NCBI GenBank assembly: GCA_963705165.1
Contig: CAVPJD010000011.1
Coordinates: 1-64,000, forward strand
DNA length: 64,000 bases
Direction of reading: 5' to 3'
DNA from: an uncultured delta proteobacterium
GTDB lineage: Bacteria; Desulfobacterota; Syntrophia; Syntrophales; UBA2192
The notes below the pieces were generated by a model, which did no database searches, was not told where the DNA came from, and saw only the letters and a program-made list of their open reading frames with translations. Made by a program: the position numbers and the translations under genes. Of the stretch, positions 33,499 through 42,503 are shown piece by piece (position 1 is the stretch's first letter; each line of letters begins with the position of its first letter).

Positions 33499-34446
33499 AT
33501 GGCAAACAATTCCAGAAACATATCGGACTACTCGCAATTCATCGTCGATCTGCGCCGCCACATGTGGATGGCCGGCATCGAAATGGACCTGAGGCGGCTC
33601 ATCTGGCAGATCGCCATCACGGGAAAGTACATCTCGGCAAGGATCCACGAGTCGAACCGCAAGCTCGCAGGACTGCGCAACATCCACGGCGACGAGCAGC
33701 TCGCCCTCGACAAGATCGCCGACAACATCCTGCAGAACCAGCTCCAGTACTCGGGTTTCGTGAAGGCTTACTGCTCCGAGGAGCTGGATCACATCGTCTC
33801 CTTCGAGGCCCCGTCGAGCAAGTACCACATCACGGCAGACCCTCTTGACGGCTCGTCGCTCGTGGACACGAACCTGGCGATCGGGACGATCATCGGCATC
33901 CACAGGGACTCTCCGCTTGCCGCCGAGGGCCGCAAGACCATGGTGGGCGCCATGTACATCACCTACGGGCCCCTCATCACGATGGTCTACTCGGCAGGCA
34001 AGGGAACCCACGAGTTCGTCCTCAACCGGGAGGGGGAGTATGTCCTCTCGGAGGAGAACATCACCCTCGACGAGAAGGGCTCCATCTACAGCCTCGGGGG
34101 GCTTCGCAAGGAGTGGCTCCCGGGGCATCTCAAGTTTGTCGAGATTCTCGAGGGCGAGGGCTACAAACTGCGCTACAGCGGCGGTTTCGTTCCCGACGTC
34201 AACCAGATTCTCATCAAGCGGGGGGGCGTTTTCACGTACCCCGGCACGAAAAAGGACCTCGCGGGGAAGCTCCGCCTCATCTTCGAGCTGCAGCCCATGG
34301 CCTTCCTGGCCGAACAGGCCGGAGGCATGGCTACCGACGGCAGGCAGGACATCCTGGCCATCAAGCCCGAGAGCCTCAATCACCGCTCGCCGATCTACAT
34401 CGGCAGCCGCTACGAGGTGGAGAAGGCAAGGGAATCCCTGGCCTAG
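33499..34446 (+). CDS. fbp: Class 1 fructose-1,6-bisphosphatase
   Basis: DPLDGSS, YGP, LRYSGGFVPD, GKLRLIFE..PMAF. Confidence 0.95.
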   Translation: MANNSRNISDYSQFIVDLRRHMWMAGIEMDLRRLIWQIAITGKYISARIHESNRKLAGLRNIHGDEQLALDKIADNILQNQLQYSGFVKAYCSEELDHIVSFEAPSSKYHITADPLDGSSLVDTNLAIGTIIGIHRDSPLAAEGRKTMVGAMYITYGPLITMVYSAGKGTHEFVLNREGEYVLSEENITLDEKGSIYSLGGLRKEWLPGHLKFVEILEGEGYKLRYSGGFVPDVNQILIKRGGVFTYPGTKKDLAGKLRLIFELQPMAFLAEQAGGMATDGRQDILAIKPESLNHRSPIYIGSRYEVEKARESLA

Positions 34447-34546
34447 GACGCTATGCACCACTCAGTCTCCCTCTCCCTATGGAAGACCTTTTTCCTCTGT
34501 TCTCCTCCCCTGGTGGGAGGAGGAAGTGGAGGAGGGGGGAACGTTC

Positions 34547-34588
34547 CCCTTCCTCTTTACGGGGAGAGGGTCGGGGTGAGGGTGAATG
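34547..34588 (-). repeat. REP-like palindrome, copy 2
   Basis: GGGGAGAGGGTCGGGGTGAGGGTGAATG, inverse of 27806-27833; degenerate relatives at about 34465-34540. Confidence 0.85.
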
Positions 34589-34616
34589 GTCATCCACCAT
34601 CAACAAAGGGGGAAGC

Positions 34617-36062
34617 ATGCTCTTTAGCAGCATCGACCAGTTGAAAAAGGCGATCGAAGGCATCCTGAAGATCGAGGGGGACAATGTCCGCGTCCTCGAC
34701 GAGAAGAAACTTCGCGGATCGCTCATCGACCACCTCGTCTACTCGGCCGTGCTGTCGGGCGATGCGGGGGTGAGGCAGGCCGCCCGCTGGCTCATCCGCA
34801 GGGCGGGCGTCACTCTCGGGGTGCTGCCCTCCTCCATCCAGTCGCTCTACGAGGCCATGGGCCGCGGAGAGATAAAGGGCTTCACCGTGCCCGCCATCAA
34901 CATCCGCGGTCTCACCTACAAGACGGCCCAGGCCGTCTTCCGCGCGGGCCTCAAGGGCGGCGTGGGGCCCATCATCTTCGAGATCGCCCGCTCCGAGATC
35001 GGCTACACCGAGCAGCGCCCCGACGAATACGCCTGCGCCATCACGGCGGCGGCCCTCAAGACGGGCTGGCGGGGGCCTCTTTTCCTGCAGGGCGATCACT
35101 TCCAGATCGGCGTGAAGAAATTCACCGTGGAGCCGCAGAAGGAAGTGGACTCCGTGAAGGAGCTCATCCGCGAGGCGATCGAGGCCGGGTTCTACAACAT
35201 CGACATCGACTCCTCCACCGTGGTGGACCTGAGCAGGCCCACCGAGGAGGAGCAGCAGCGAAACAACTTCACCATCGCCGCCGGCATCACGGCCTTCATC
35301 CGACAGGTCCAGCCCGAGGGCGTCGAGGTCTCCGTGGGCGGCGAGATCGGCGAGGTGGGAAGCAAGAACAGCACCGTCGGGGAACTGCGGGCGTTCATGG
35401 GCGGCTACTTGAAGGAGCTGGCAACGCACGGCAAGGGCCTCAAGGGAATCAGCAAGATCAGCGTCCAGACGGGAACCTCCCACGGCGGCGTGGTGCTTCC
35501 CGATGGAAGCATCGCCAAGGTGAAGCTCGACTTCGACACCCTGCAGACCCTCTCCGAGGCGGCCAGGAAAGAGTACGGCATGTCGGGCGCCGTCCAGCAC
35601 GGGGCCTCGACCCTTCCCGACGAGGCCTTCGACAACTTCCCGAAGCGCGGTACCGCCGAGGTGCACCTGGCCACGGCCTTCCAGAACATGATCTATGACA
35701 GCACCTTCTTCCCGGCGCCGCTTCGCGAGAAGATTTACGAGTACATCCGCAGGGACCTCGCGGGCGAGAAGGGCGCCAAGGACACCGACGAGCAGTTCAT
35801 CTACAAGACCCGCAAGAAGGGCTTCGGGCCCTTCAAGAAGGACCTGTGGAACCTGCCGCCCGATGTCCTGAAAGGGATCGGGAAGGAGATGGAAGACAAG
35901 TTCCTCTTCATCTTCGACAAGCTCTCCGTCTTCAAAACGAAGGACGTGACGGCGAAGTTCGTCAAACCCGTCGACGTGCCTGTCCCGGCCCCGGCAAGCC
36001 TCACGGGCAAGGGAGTTCTGAAGAGCGAGAAGAAAGCCGAGGCTTTTGACGAAGGGGAATAG
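34617..36062 (+). CDS. fba: Class II fructose-bisphosphate aldolase
   Basis: VPAINIR, LQGDH, IDIDSS, GEIGEVG, GTSHGG, VQHGAS; ATG at 34617 after a GGGGGA RBS; downstream of fbp. Confidence 0.88.
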   Translation: MLFSSIDQLKKAIEGILKIEGDNVRVLDEKKLRGSLIDHLVYSAVLSGDAGVRQAARWLIRRAGVTLGVLPSSIQSLYEAMGRGEIKGFTVPAINIRGLTYKTAQAVFRAGLKGGVGPIIFEIARSEIGYTEQRPDEYACAITAAALKTGWRGPLFLQGDHFQIGVKKFTVEPQKEVDSVKELIREAIEAGFYNIDIDSSTVVDLSRPTEEEQQRNNFTIAAGITAFIRQVQPEGVEVSVGGEIGEVGSKNSTVGELRAFMGGYLKELATHGKGLKGISKISVQTGTSHGGVVLPDGSIAKVKLDFDTLQTLSEAARKEYGMSGAVQHGASTLPDEAFDNFPKRGTAEVHLATAFQNMIYDSTFFPAPLREKIYEYIRRDLAGEKGAKDTDEQFIYKTRKKGFGPFKKDLWNLPPDVLKGIGKEMEDKFLFIFDKLSVFKTKDVTAKFVKPVDVPVPAPASLTGKGVLKSEKKAEAFDEGE

Positions 36063-36187
36063 AAAGCAGTGGCCAGTGTTTAGTGATAGTGGCCAGTGCG
36101 TGGAGAAGTGAAAGAAGTGCCTGAGTGTCTGAGTGAAGAGGGAGAAGGGGCCAAGGTCCAGAAAAAGACAGATAAAACCTAGAAACG

Positions 36188-36223
36188 AAAAAGGTCCGGG
36201 GTGATGGCTCCGGACCATTTTTT
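36188..36223. terminator. Bidirectional terminator
   Basis: AAAAAGGTCCGGGG-tgatg-GCTCCGGACC-ATTTTTT between convergent genes. Confidence 0.7.
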
Positions 36224-36235
36224 GTGGCCGTTCGA

Positions 36236-36496
36236 TTACTTGGACGCGGCGGCGCCCTTTTCGATTTCCTTGTTGCGCTCGTCGTTTTGATCGAGAGTCT
36301 TGTCGATTTTTTTGCGCATCTGGCTTCCGTTATAACCGGCAGCGCTTGCACCTTCGACGATCTTGGTCTCGGGACGGCCCTGCGGCACGTCCTTGGCTTT
36401 GGGCGCGGGGTTGCCGGAGCCGCAGCTGAGAACAAAAAGTATCAGAATAATGAAGGAAAACAATCGGCTTGAATATTTCATGATACTCCTCTGCAT
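36236..36496 (-). CDS. Small putative lipoprotein
   Basis: Hydrophobic signal ending VLSC. Confidence 0.65.
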   Translation of the reverse strand: MQRSIMKYSSRLFSFIILILFVLSCGSGNPAPKAKDVPQGRPETKIVEGASAAGYNGSQMRKKIDKTLDQNDERNKEIEKGAAASK

Positions 36497-36556
36497 GGTC
36501 GCTACAGAGGATAAAGTGCAACAATCGGGCCGAAACCGGCGGGTTGGGAGCGGAGA

Positions 36557-37312
36557 TCAGAATTGGTGCACGATGCTCAGGAGGTCGGAAAGCCCCGGTG
36601 TGGGGCAAAAGGACGCGGGTGACGATTCCTGCGGCTTGCGGGGCAGATGATTCTGCGCCGCCAGCAGGAGGGACTCGGCAGCAAGATCTGCAGCGACCAG
36701 GAGAAGCTTCTTCTTCACGGCCCGCAGGCTGTCTCCCGGTGCATAATCGATGCTGCGCCTCAATGCTACATCGCCGCTGTCAATCCCTGCATCGAGGTGG
36801 AGCACCGAGCAGCCGATCTTCGCGGTGTCCCCCTTCCTGAAGGCCCAGAAATCGCAGTGAACGTTGCGATAGTACGGCACGATGCCGCCATGAAGATTGA
36901 GCACGCCGCGCGAAGCAATGCCAAGCGCCTCGTCTCGAAGAATGGCCGTCCCATATGTCAACAGCACATCCGTGTTTTGCTGTCTCAGAAACGCCAGGCA
37001 GTCGGGATCATTGATGTCATCCGTCCTGCATTGGGAGAGAGCCGCCGGGTACCCGCAAATGCCCTCCTGTCTGCAAACAAAATCCCTCAGGGCCCTCTCG
37101 CAGGCGCGGGCATAGATCAGAAGCGAGGCTATATCGAGCGCCGCTACCGGCAGCGTCCATGGCCTGATCCGCTTTTTCAGTCTCTGCCACTTGGCGGCGC
37201 GGGCCTTCCTGCCTGATTCGATAACCAGTCCTTCGACGAGGCCCTGCCGGACAAGCCTTGTCGCAATGAAGCGCCCGCCTTCGCCGTCACGGCATGCAAA
37301 AACCGCTTTCAT
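36557..37312 (-). CDS. Formyltransferase-family protein
   Basis: LNLHGGIVPYYRN, HLDAGIDSGD; ATGA overlap with the upstream gene. Confidence 0.82.
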   Translation of the reverse strand: MKAVFACRDGEGGRFIATRLVRQGLVEGLVIESGRKARAAKWQRLKKRIRPWTLPVAALDIASLLIYARACERALRDFVCRQEGICGYPAALSQCRTDDINDPDCLAFLRQQNTDVLLTYGTAILRDEALGIASRGVLNLHGGIVPYYRNVHCDFWAFRKGDTAKIGCSVLHLDAGIDSGDVALRRSIDYAPGDSLRAVKKKLLLVAADLAAESLLLAAQNHLPRKPQESSPASFCPTPGLSDLLSIVHQF

Positions 37313-38172
37313 GATGCGTCGCGCTCCGAGAGGTCCGCCAGCTGCGTGATGGTCACCGGATGAAAACCCATATCCCGAGACGTTGCGATCATGCGTTTCA
37401 CCAGGGAGCTCTCCCGCACGCCTGCAAAACAGGGGTGATCGTAGACAACGGCAAAGCGCTTGCACGTGTCGAGCCGACCACGAAAATCGGCAAGCAGGCC
37501 GTCGTCCGATGCGCCCAGTGCCCTCATGTGCTCGATATATCCGACGCCCCCTGGCTCACCGGCGATGTTGGTCGGCACGTCCCGCACAGACCCGTCGAAA
37601 GAAACGGCTTCGAGCCGGTTATCGTGCCTGTCTGCGGAGACTGAAAGATTGCATGCCTTCAGCACGCCGGAAAGGGAAGCCGGCGCGTTCCACCCGGGCG
37701 AGGCAAACGACCAAACCTTCGGCACGCCGGCCCGTTGCAGCATGGAGATTCCCCAGGCAACCTCGCGGGCGACCCGTCCGGCGTCCCACCGGTGGGCCCC
37801 ACGCTGCCAGCATGAGTGGTTGTGGCCGCCGTGCAGGCCGATCTCATGCCCGGCCGCAGCGGCATCGGCAATGATCGCGTGGTTGCCCGAACCAACCGCC
37901 GGGTTGAACAGCAGAATTCGTACGTACCACGACACGCCCAGTTTATGGAAGGCAGAAAATTTTCTCACCGGGGTGGCATCCGCGTCTGCCCTTTCCCGCC
38001 AGAGAAGCGCCCTGATCGATTCCCTGATAGAGATGGATCTGCCCATGTTCACGAAAAAGGTGAATGGCGTGCCGGCATCCTTTCCCAGCTTGCTCAGCAG
38101 GGGCATGCCGCGCAGGAAGCACAGCGGAGTGTCAACGTCGAATCGGAAGCAGATGAATTTTCTGGCGTGCAT
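37309..38172 (-). CDS. Polysaccharide deacetylase (CE4), ArnD-like
   Basis: FRFDVDT...G.P.L, FTFFVNMG, HEIGLHGGHNH..WQ, FASPGW, YDHP. Confidence 0.8.
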   Translation of the reverse strand: MHARKFICFRFDVDTPLCFLRGMPLLSKLGKDAGTPFTFFVNMGRSISIRESIRALLWRERADADATPVRKFSAFHKLGVSWYVRILLFNPAVGSGNHAIIADAAAAGHEIGLHGGHNHSCWQRGAHRWDAGRVAREVAWGISMLQRAGVPKVWSFASPGWNAPASLSGVLKACNLSVSADRHDNRLEAVSFDGSVRDVPTNIAGEPGGVGYIEHMRALGASDDGLLADFRGRLDTCKRFAVVYDHPCFAGVRESSLVKRMIATSRDMGFHPVTITQLADLSERDAS

Positions 38173-38293
38173 AACCTCGATCGATGTTCAAGCACGGTGA
38201 TATAAATGGGCTCCCCCGCACTGCCCAGCAGAGCAGTGCCGAATATCATATATCGGATGGAGGGACTTTGCAACTTTCGAGCCTGATAGCGAA

Positions 38294-39603
38294 TTGCCTC
38301 ACAATAAATGTTACCGGGCGTGAGTTTTCAAAAGGTCGTTGACTCATAATTCATGTTACCGGGAGAGACCTTCTCCAGGAGCTGTGTTTATGAGTCCACG
38401 AGCCAAACGGGAATATCTCGAAGCCCTTCATCGTCGATACAAGAATGCCACCCGGGCACAGAAGAGCCGTATCCTCGATGAGTACTGCGCCACGTGCGGC
38501 CAGCACCGCAAGCACGCCATCCGGCAATTGCGCGGCTTCAAACGCTTCACCCAGCCCAAAGCCAAGAAGCGGGGACGCAAGTCGCTCTATGATTGCGACG
38601 CAATCCGCAAACCCCTCAAGAAGATCTGGCTGTCGGCCAATCTGCCCTGCTCCAAGCGTCTCAATCCCATCCTGTCGTTGTGGCTGCCGGGCTATGAGGC
38701 CTCCTTCGGGGCTCTGAGCCCGGAGATGAAGGCGGCCCTGCTGAGGATCTCAGCGGCCACCATCGACCGCCTGCTGAAACCCACCCGCAGTGCGATGGCC
38801 CATCGGGGACGATCCACCACCAAACCGGGCGCCCTGCTGCGCAACCAGATCCCCCTGGGCACCAACCAGTGGGATCAAACGTGCCCGGGCTTCCTGGAGG
38901 CGGACACCGTCGCCCACTGCGGCTCCTCCATGGCCGGCCAGTTCGTCAACAGCCTCGACTGCGTCGATATCGCCACCGGCTGGACCGAACAGCGGGCCGT
39001 CTGGGGGCGCGGCGAACAGGGCATCCTGAAAGAGCTCCAGGACATCGAGCAGCACCTTCCCTTTGCCATCCTGGGCTTCGACTGCGATAACGGCGGCGAG
39101 TTTTTGAACCATCACCTGCACCGCCACTTCACCGAACGTCCCCAGCCCGTTCTGTTCACCCGAAGCCGTGCCTACCGAAAAGACGACAACGCCCACGTCG
39201 AACAGAAAAACTGGACCCATATCCGCCAGTGGCTCGGCTACGAACGCTTTGACGACCCTTGCCTCGTGCCCCTGCTCAACGAACTGTATCGCTCCGAGTG
39301 GCGGCTCTTCCACAACTTCTTCTGCCCGTCGGTGAAGCTGCTGGAAAAAGAACGCATTGGCTCCAAAACCCGCAAACGTTACGACAAGCCCAAAACCCCG
39401 TATCAAAGAATCATGGAATCCAAATACATCCCTCGGAAAACCAAAATCAGGCTGACCGCTCAGTTCCGCTCACTGAACCCCTTTGTGCTCCGAGAGGCCA
39501 TAGAAATCAAACTTAAAAAAATCTTCAAAGCCTGCTATAAGGGGGCTCTCTCCAGTCAGCGATCTGCAGCTCCCCTTCGGTAACATTTATTTATGAGGCA
39601 ACG
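38294..39603 (+). mobile_element. Insertion sequence with a single DDE transposase and ~23-25 bp end motifs
   Basis: TTGCCTCA-N6-ATGTTACCG (38294-38316), CGTTGACTCA-N6-ATGTTACCG (38337-38361), inverted CGGTAACAT-N7-TGAGGCAACG (39578-39603). No target duplication identified. Confidence 0.8.
38390..39583 (+). CDS. rve/integrase-core DDE transposase (family not assigned)
   Basis: GFLEADTVAHCG, FDCDNGGEF, FTRSRAYRKDDNAHVEQKN; AGGAG RBS before the ATG at 38390. Confidence 0.9.
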   Translation: MSPRAKREYLEALHRRYKNATRAQKSRILDEYCATCGQHRKHAIRQLRGFKRFTQPKAKKRGRKSLYDCDAIRKPLKKIWLSANLPCSKRLNPILSLWLPGYEASFGALSPEMKAALLRISAATIDRLLKPTRSAMAHRGRSTTKPGALLRNQIPLGTNQWDQTCPGFLEADTVAHCGSSMAGQFVNSLDCVDIATGWTEQRAVWGRGEQGILKELQDIEQHLPFAILGFDCDNGGEFLNHHLHRHFTERPQPVLFTRSRAYRKDDNAHVEQKNWTHIRQWLGYERFDDPCLVPLLNELYRSEWRLFHNFFCPSVKLLEKERIGSKTRKRYDKPKTPYQRIMESKYIPRKTKIRLTAQFRSLNPFVLREAIEIKLKKIFKACYKGALSSQRSAAPLR

Positions 39604-39646
39604 GGAGAGAGAGCGTCATTCGGCCTGTCATGTGAGTCATAATAAT

Positions 39647-39675
39647 AAAGGGCAGGGCTTTTCGGCCCTGCCCTT
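39647..39675 (-). terminator. Terminator hairpin after the PEP-CTERM gene
   Basis: AAGGGCAGGGC-ttttcg-GCCCTGCCCTT. Confidence 0.75.
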
Positions 39676-39699
39676 CAATCCAGTCATCCCGGCCAAAAC

Positions 39700-40464
39700 T
39701 TACGCGCTGACCTTCCTTCTCAAGCCGTAAAGCCCGAGCAGTGCGCCCCCCAGCAGGAGGAGCGTTCCGGGCTCGGGAACGGAGACGGATTCGTACACGG
39801 CATAGAGACCGCGGCCGCTAGTTGCGGAAGTCACCAGTACCTGCCCGCGGGGGTCGGACACATTAATGTCCAGCGTGTCGTTGCCATTGTTTTGATAAAG
39901 AGAGGTCACTCCGGCGAAAATCGGGTGGGAACTGAGGATCGATGCGTTGCCCCCGATTCCGTTGTACGGGCTCCCAAATCCCAGTCCGAAAGCATTGAGG
40001 AACGCGTTCCACTGCGCGGCCTCACCAGCAGCACCGCCTGCCACGACACCCGTGCCGCCTTCCAGAAATACATTTCCTCCGCCGTTTATGTATTGGATCA
40101 AGGCATTGTTGTCAAAGTTATTGCCGGCGAGAAAGACTGCATCGTAACCCTGAAGCGTCGCCAGGGTCTGAGGTAGTCCCGTGGTAATGGTCCACCCGTA
40201 ACCGGCGCCGGTCATGGTAGATTGAAGAGATGACTGGACCAGACCAAAGTTATTCGAGTAGACGAGGAAGTTTCCCGTACTCCCCGTAAACCAATTTGCG
40301 ACATTGAGCGCAAATTGACCGGGCTGGGTACCCGCCTGAGCAAACCCGGTATTGGACAGAGTCCATTCGTCATTCGTTAAAACTATTTTCCCCGCCTGGG
40401 CAGGAAGAACCGCACTCAACGCAAGGATGAAAGCAATTGCCGTAACTGCCAGTAATCTTTTCAT
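39700..40464 (-). CDS. PEP-CTERM sorting-domain protein
   Basis: Signal peptide (…PAQA); C-terminal VPEPGTLLLLGGALLGLYGLRRK. Confidence 0.92.
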   Translation of the reverse strand: MKRLLAVTAIAFILALSAVLPAQAGKIVLTNDEWTLSNTGFAQAGTQPGQFALNVANWFTGSTGNFLVYSNNFGLVQSSLQSTMTGAGYGWTITTGLPQTLATLQGYDAVFLAGNNFDNNALIQYINGGGNVFLEGGTGVVAGGAAGEAAQWNAFLNAFGLGFGSPYNGIGGNASILSSHPIFAGVTSLYQNNGNDTLDINVSDPRGQVLVTSATSGRGLYAVYESVSVPEPGTLLLLGGALLGLYGLRRKVSA

Positions 40465-40537
40465 TTTCGACCTCTCTTGTGTCTCGAATCGATTATTCTG
40501 CGGCCAAATCACAGGAAAGCAATACTGCTATAACCAC

Positions 40538-40553
40538 AGCAAGACAAGTGCCA
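40538..40553 (-). promoter_or_regulatory. Sigma-54 promoter of the PEP-CTERM gene
   Basis: Minus strand TGGCACTTGTCTTGCT, matching TGGCAC-N5-TTGCW. Confidence 0.85.
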
Positions 40554-40630
40554 TTACTGCAACCATTGTTACAACCTGTCGATTAGTTTGAATTTTTTGA
40601 AAGAAAGCGGCAAACGAAGACAATACATCT

Positions 40631-40647
40631 TGTAAAGATATCCGACA
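40631..40647. promoter_or_regulatory. Candidate enhancer (bEBP binding site)
   Basis: TGTAAAGATATCCGACA about 80 bp upstream of the sigma-54 site; weaker copy at 40722-40738. Confidence 0.55.
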
Positions 40648-40861
40648 CTTCTTTGCAGCCTCGGCGGGGGAAAAATTAAAAAAATCAATATAAACGTAAG
40701 ATTAGCCCATTACCTCAAAAACGTAAGAAATATCGACTATTTGCCGGATGCTATCCCGGTTTCGGAAAAATCGCGACCAAATAATCTCCTCGGTAATGAT
40801 TTTTTCGGAAAAAACCTATGGATCGGCTGGCATGCTCTCGAGGCAGGGATGGACGTATCCT

Positions 40862-41323
40862 CTACTTTGCTTTGCCGACACTCGATTCCAGTACCTGGAA
40901 ATCAGCGCTTTTCACCAGGGCGTGGAGGACTTCGGCCAGTTTGTCCGGGGGTGTCGTCAGCTTCCGAGCGGCCAGGTCCATCCACCCGCCCATGCTGGTG
41001 ACGCCAGCGGCGCACTTGCCGTCTTCCCTGAAAAACTCATTTCGCAAATAGAACCGCGAAGCGTCATGGCTTAATCCCGCCAGGGTCAGGTTGACGCTGA
41101 TGGGCTCGAGCAACCGAAGCTCGCGGCAGTAATCGATCTCGTCTCGCATCACGACCTGCCCCACCTTGAGCCGCACGAACTCGCTCATGGGAAATCCATT
41201 CTCAGAGAAGTATATCATCCGCACATCCCCCGAGATATCGAGGTAGGCCGTGTTTTTCATGTGGCCGTTGAAGTCCATGTCACCCCAGCGGACATTGAAC
41301 GTCTTCACAAAGGCCGTTGTCAT
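40862..41323 (-). CDS. Acyl-CoA thioesterase (4HBT/hot-dog family)
   Basis: VRWGDMDFNGHMKNTAY. Confidence 0.88.
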   Translation of the reverse strand: MTTAFVKTFNVRWGDMDFNGHMKNTAYLDISGDVRMIYFSENGFPMSEFVRLKVGQVVMRDEIDYCRELRLLEPISVNLTLAGLSHDASRFYLRNEFFREDGKCAAGVTSMGGWMDLAARKLTTPPDKLAEVLHALVKSADFQVLESSVGKAK

Positions 41324-41431
41324 CTCCTGCCTCCCTTCCCCGTTCACAGATTTTAATCGATAAACAACAGACAGGCTCCATTACTCCTTATCCATGCCGA
41401 CGTCAAGGATTGACCCGGACATTTTCACTCC

Positions 41432-41470
41432 TTGACATTTTATGTCATCCATCGTAAGCGCTGTAATACA
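41432..41470 (+). promoter_or_regulatory. TA promoter/operator
   Basis: TTGACA within palindrome TGACA-tttta-TGTCA; TGTAATACA near-palindrome at 41462-41470. Confidence 0.5.
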
Positions 41471-41490
41471 AGCGATTAATGAGGTGCCAC

Positions 41491-41709
41491 ATGAATACAG
41501 CAATCTCCGTCAGGCTTCCGAAAAAAATTGCCGATCAGTTGGACAGCATTGCCAGGGAAACGGAAAGGCCGCGTTCCTTCATCATCCAGAAGGCTCTCGA
41601 GGCCTATATAGAGGACTTTGCGGATCTCCAGGTCGCACTGGACCGGCTCCACGACAAAACGGACCCCGTCATTTCCGGCAAGTCGTTGAGAAAATCCCTT
41701 GGCTTATAG
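41491..41709 (+). CDS. RHH/CopG-type antitoxin
   Basis: AISVRLP...LD.IA....RPRSFII..AL; overlaps the toxin gene. Confidence 0.88.
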   Translation: MNTAISVRLPKKIADQLDSIARETERPRSFIIQKALEAYIEDFADLQVALDRLHDKTDPVISGKSLRKSLGL

Positions 41710-41959
41710 TATCGGCTACAAGAGATCGGTCGAGAGGGATCTAAAGAAACTGCCCAAGGCAGAGGCCAGGCGGATTCTCGATCAGATCGAGGCAGAGCTT
41801 TCAGAGAAGGCCGATGCCTGTCCGGTTCTAAAAGGGCAATTTGCAGGCCTGCGGAAATTTCGAGTCGGGGATTACAGGGTGATCTATGCGATCCTGGACG
41901 ATGAGGTTCTTGTCCTCAGGATCGGGCACCGCAAGGATGTGTACAAGAAAGAGATATGA
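41699..41959 (+). CDS. relE: RelE/ParE family toxin
   Basis: RDLKKL, LKG...LRKFRVGDYRVIY, IGHRKDVY. Confidence 0.92.
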   Translation: MAYSIGYKRSVERDLKKLPKAEARRILDQIEAELSEKADACPVLKGQFAGLRKFRVGDYRVIYAILDDEVLVLRIGHRKDVYKKEI

Positions 41960-42252
41960 TCGGAACGATCATGAAAACCTCTCCGGCGGATATTCAAAGC
42001 CACCTGGATGTCATTGCGGCAATTCTCATCCGATGTTTTCTGGGTGGGATGTTACTGCTGGTTGTCTGGTTTGCCTGGTTCGTCTTTGCAGGCGACTGGA
42101 TCTACCAGATTCACTCAAGGTGGTTCCAGATTCCGAAGCAGAGTTTCGATGCGATCCACTACGCCGGTATGGCTGTTACCAAAATTGCGATCATCCTCTT
42201 TTTCCTGCTTCCCTGGATCGCCATCAAACTCATGTCGGGGAAAAAGGATTAA
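41956..42252 (+). CDS. Small membrane protein (DUF6868-like)
   Basis: Two hydrophobic segments; HSRWF....FDAIHYAGM..KI....F.L.PWIA. Confidence 0.75.
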   Translation: MIGTIMKTSPADIQSHLDVIAAILIRCFLGGMLLLVVWFAWFVFAGDWIYQIHSRWFQIPKQSFDAIHYAGMAVTKIAIILFFLLPWIAIKLMSGKKD

Positions 42253-42475
42253 AATTCCTCGCACCAAGGTGCCAGGAATTTAGAATTTTATTTTACTACT
42301 TAATTATCTGTTATTATGCTCGCTTACCCCGCAGCAACGTTCGACTGGCTCACGTCAGGCGCTGCGGGGACCGGGGGCGCATCCCGTCAGGGTGCGCAAT
42401 CATGTCTAGTCAATTACCTTACCGGAAAGCCCCGCTGTGCGGAATCAGGCTTCAATGCGCGTGCAATCGTTTTCA
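42248..42475 (+). repeat. ~228-bp palindrome-rich non-coding element, copy 1 (MITE/PATE-like)
   Basis: Aligns block by block with the reverse complement of 48106-48330; multiple hairpins. Confidence 0.92.
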
Positions 42476-42503
42476 TAAGAAAAACGAAAGATCACTCCCG
42501 CTT

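Noticed and set aside
34113..34616. N-terminal extensions in the ORF track (fba from 34113, ispA from 55277, ferredoxin from 48188, formyltransferase from 37465)
   Set aside because: They overlap other genes or repeats; downstream starts with an RBS or family-typical N-terminus fit better.
38337..38361. IS end motif resembles a dif/Xer site (CATAA...ATGTTA)
   Set aside because: Only 3-4 nt separate CATAA and ATGTT versus 8 in dif, so the geometry is incompatible.
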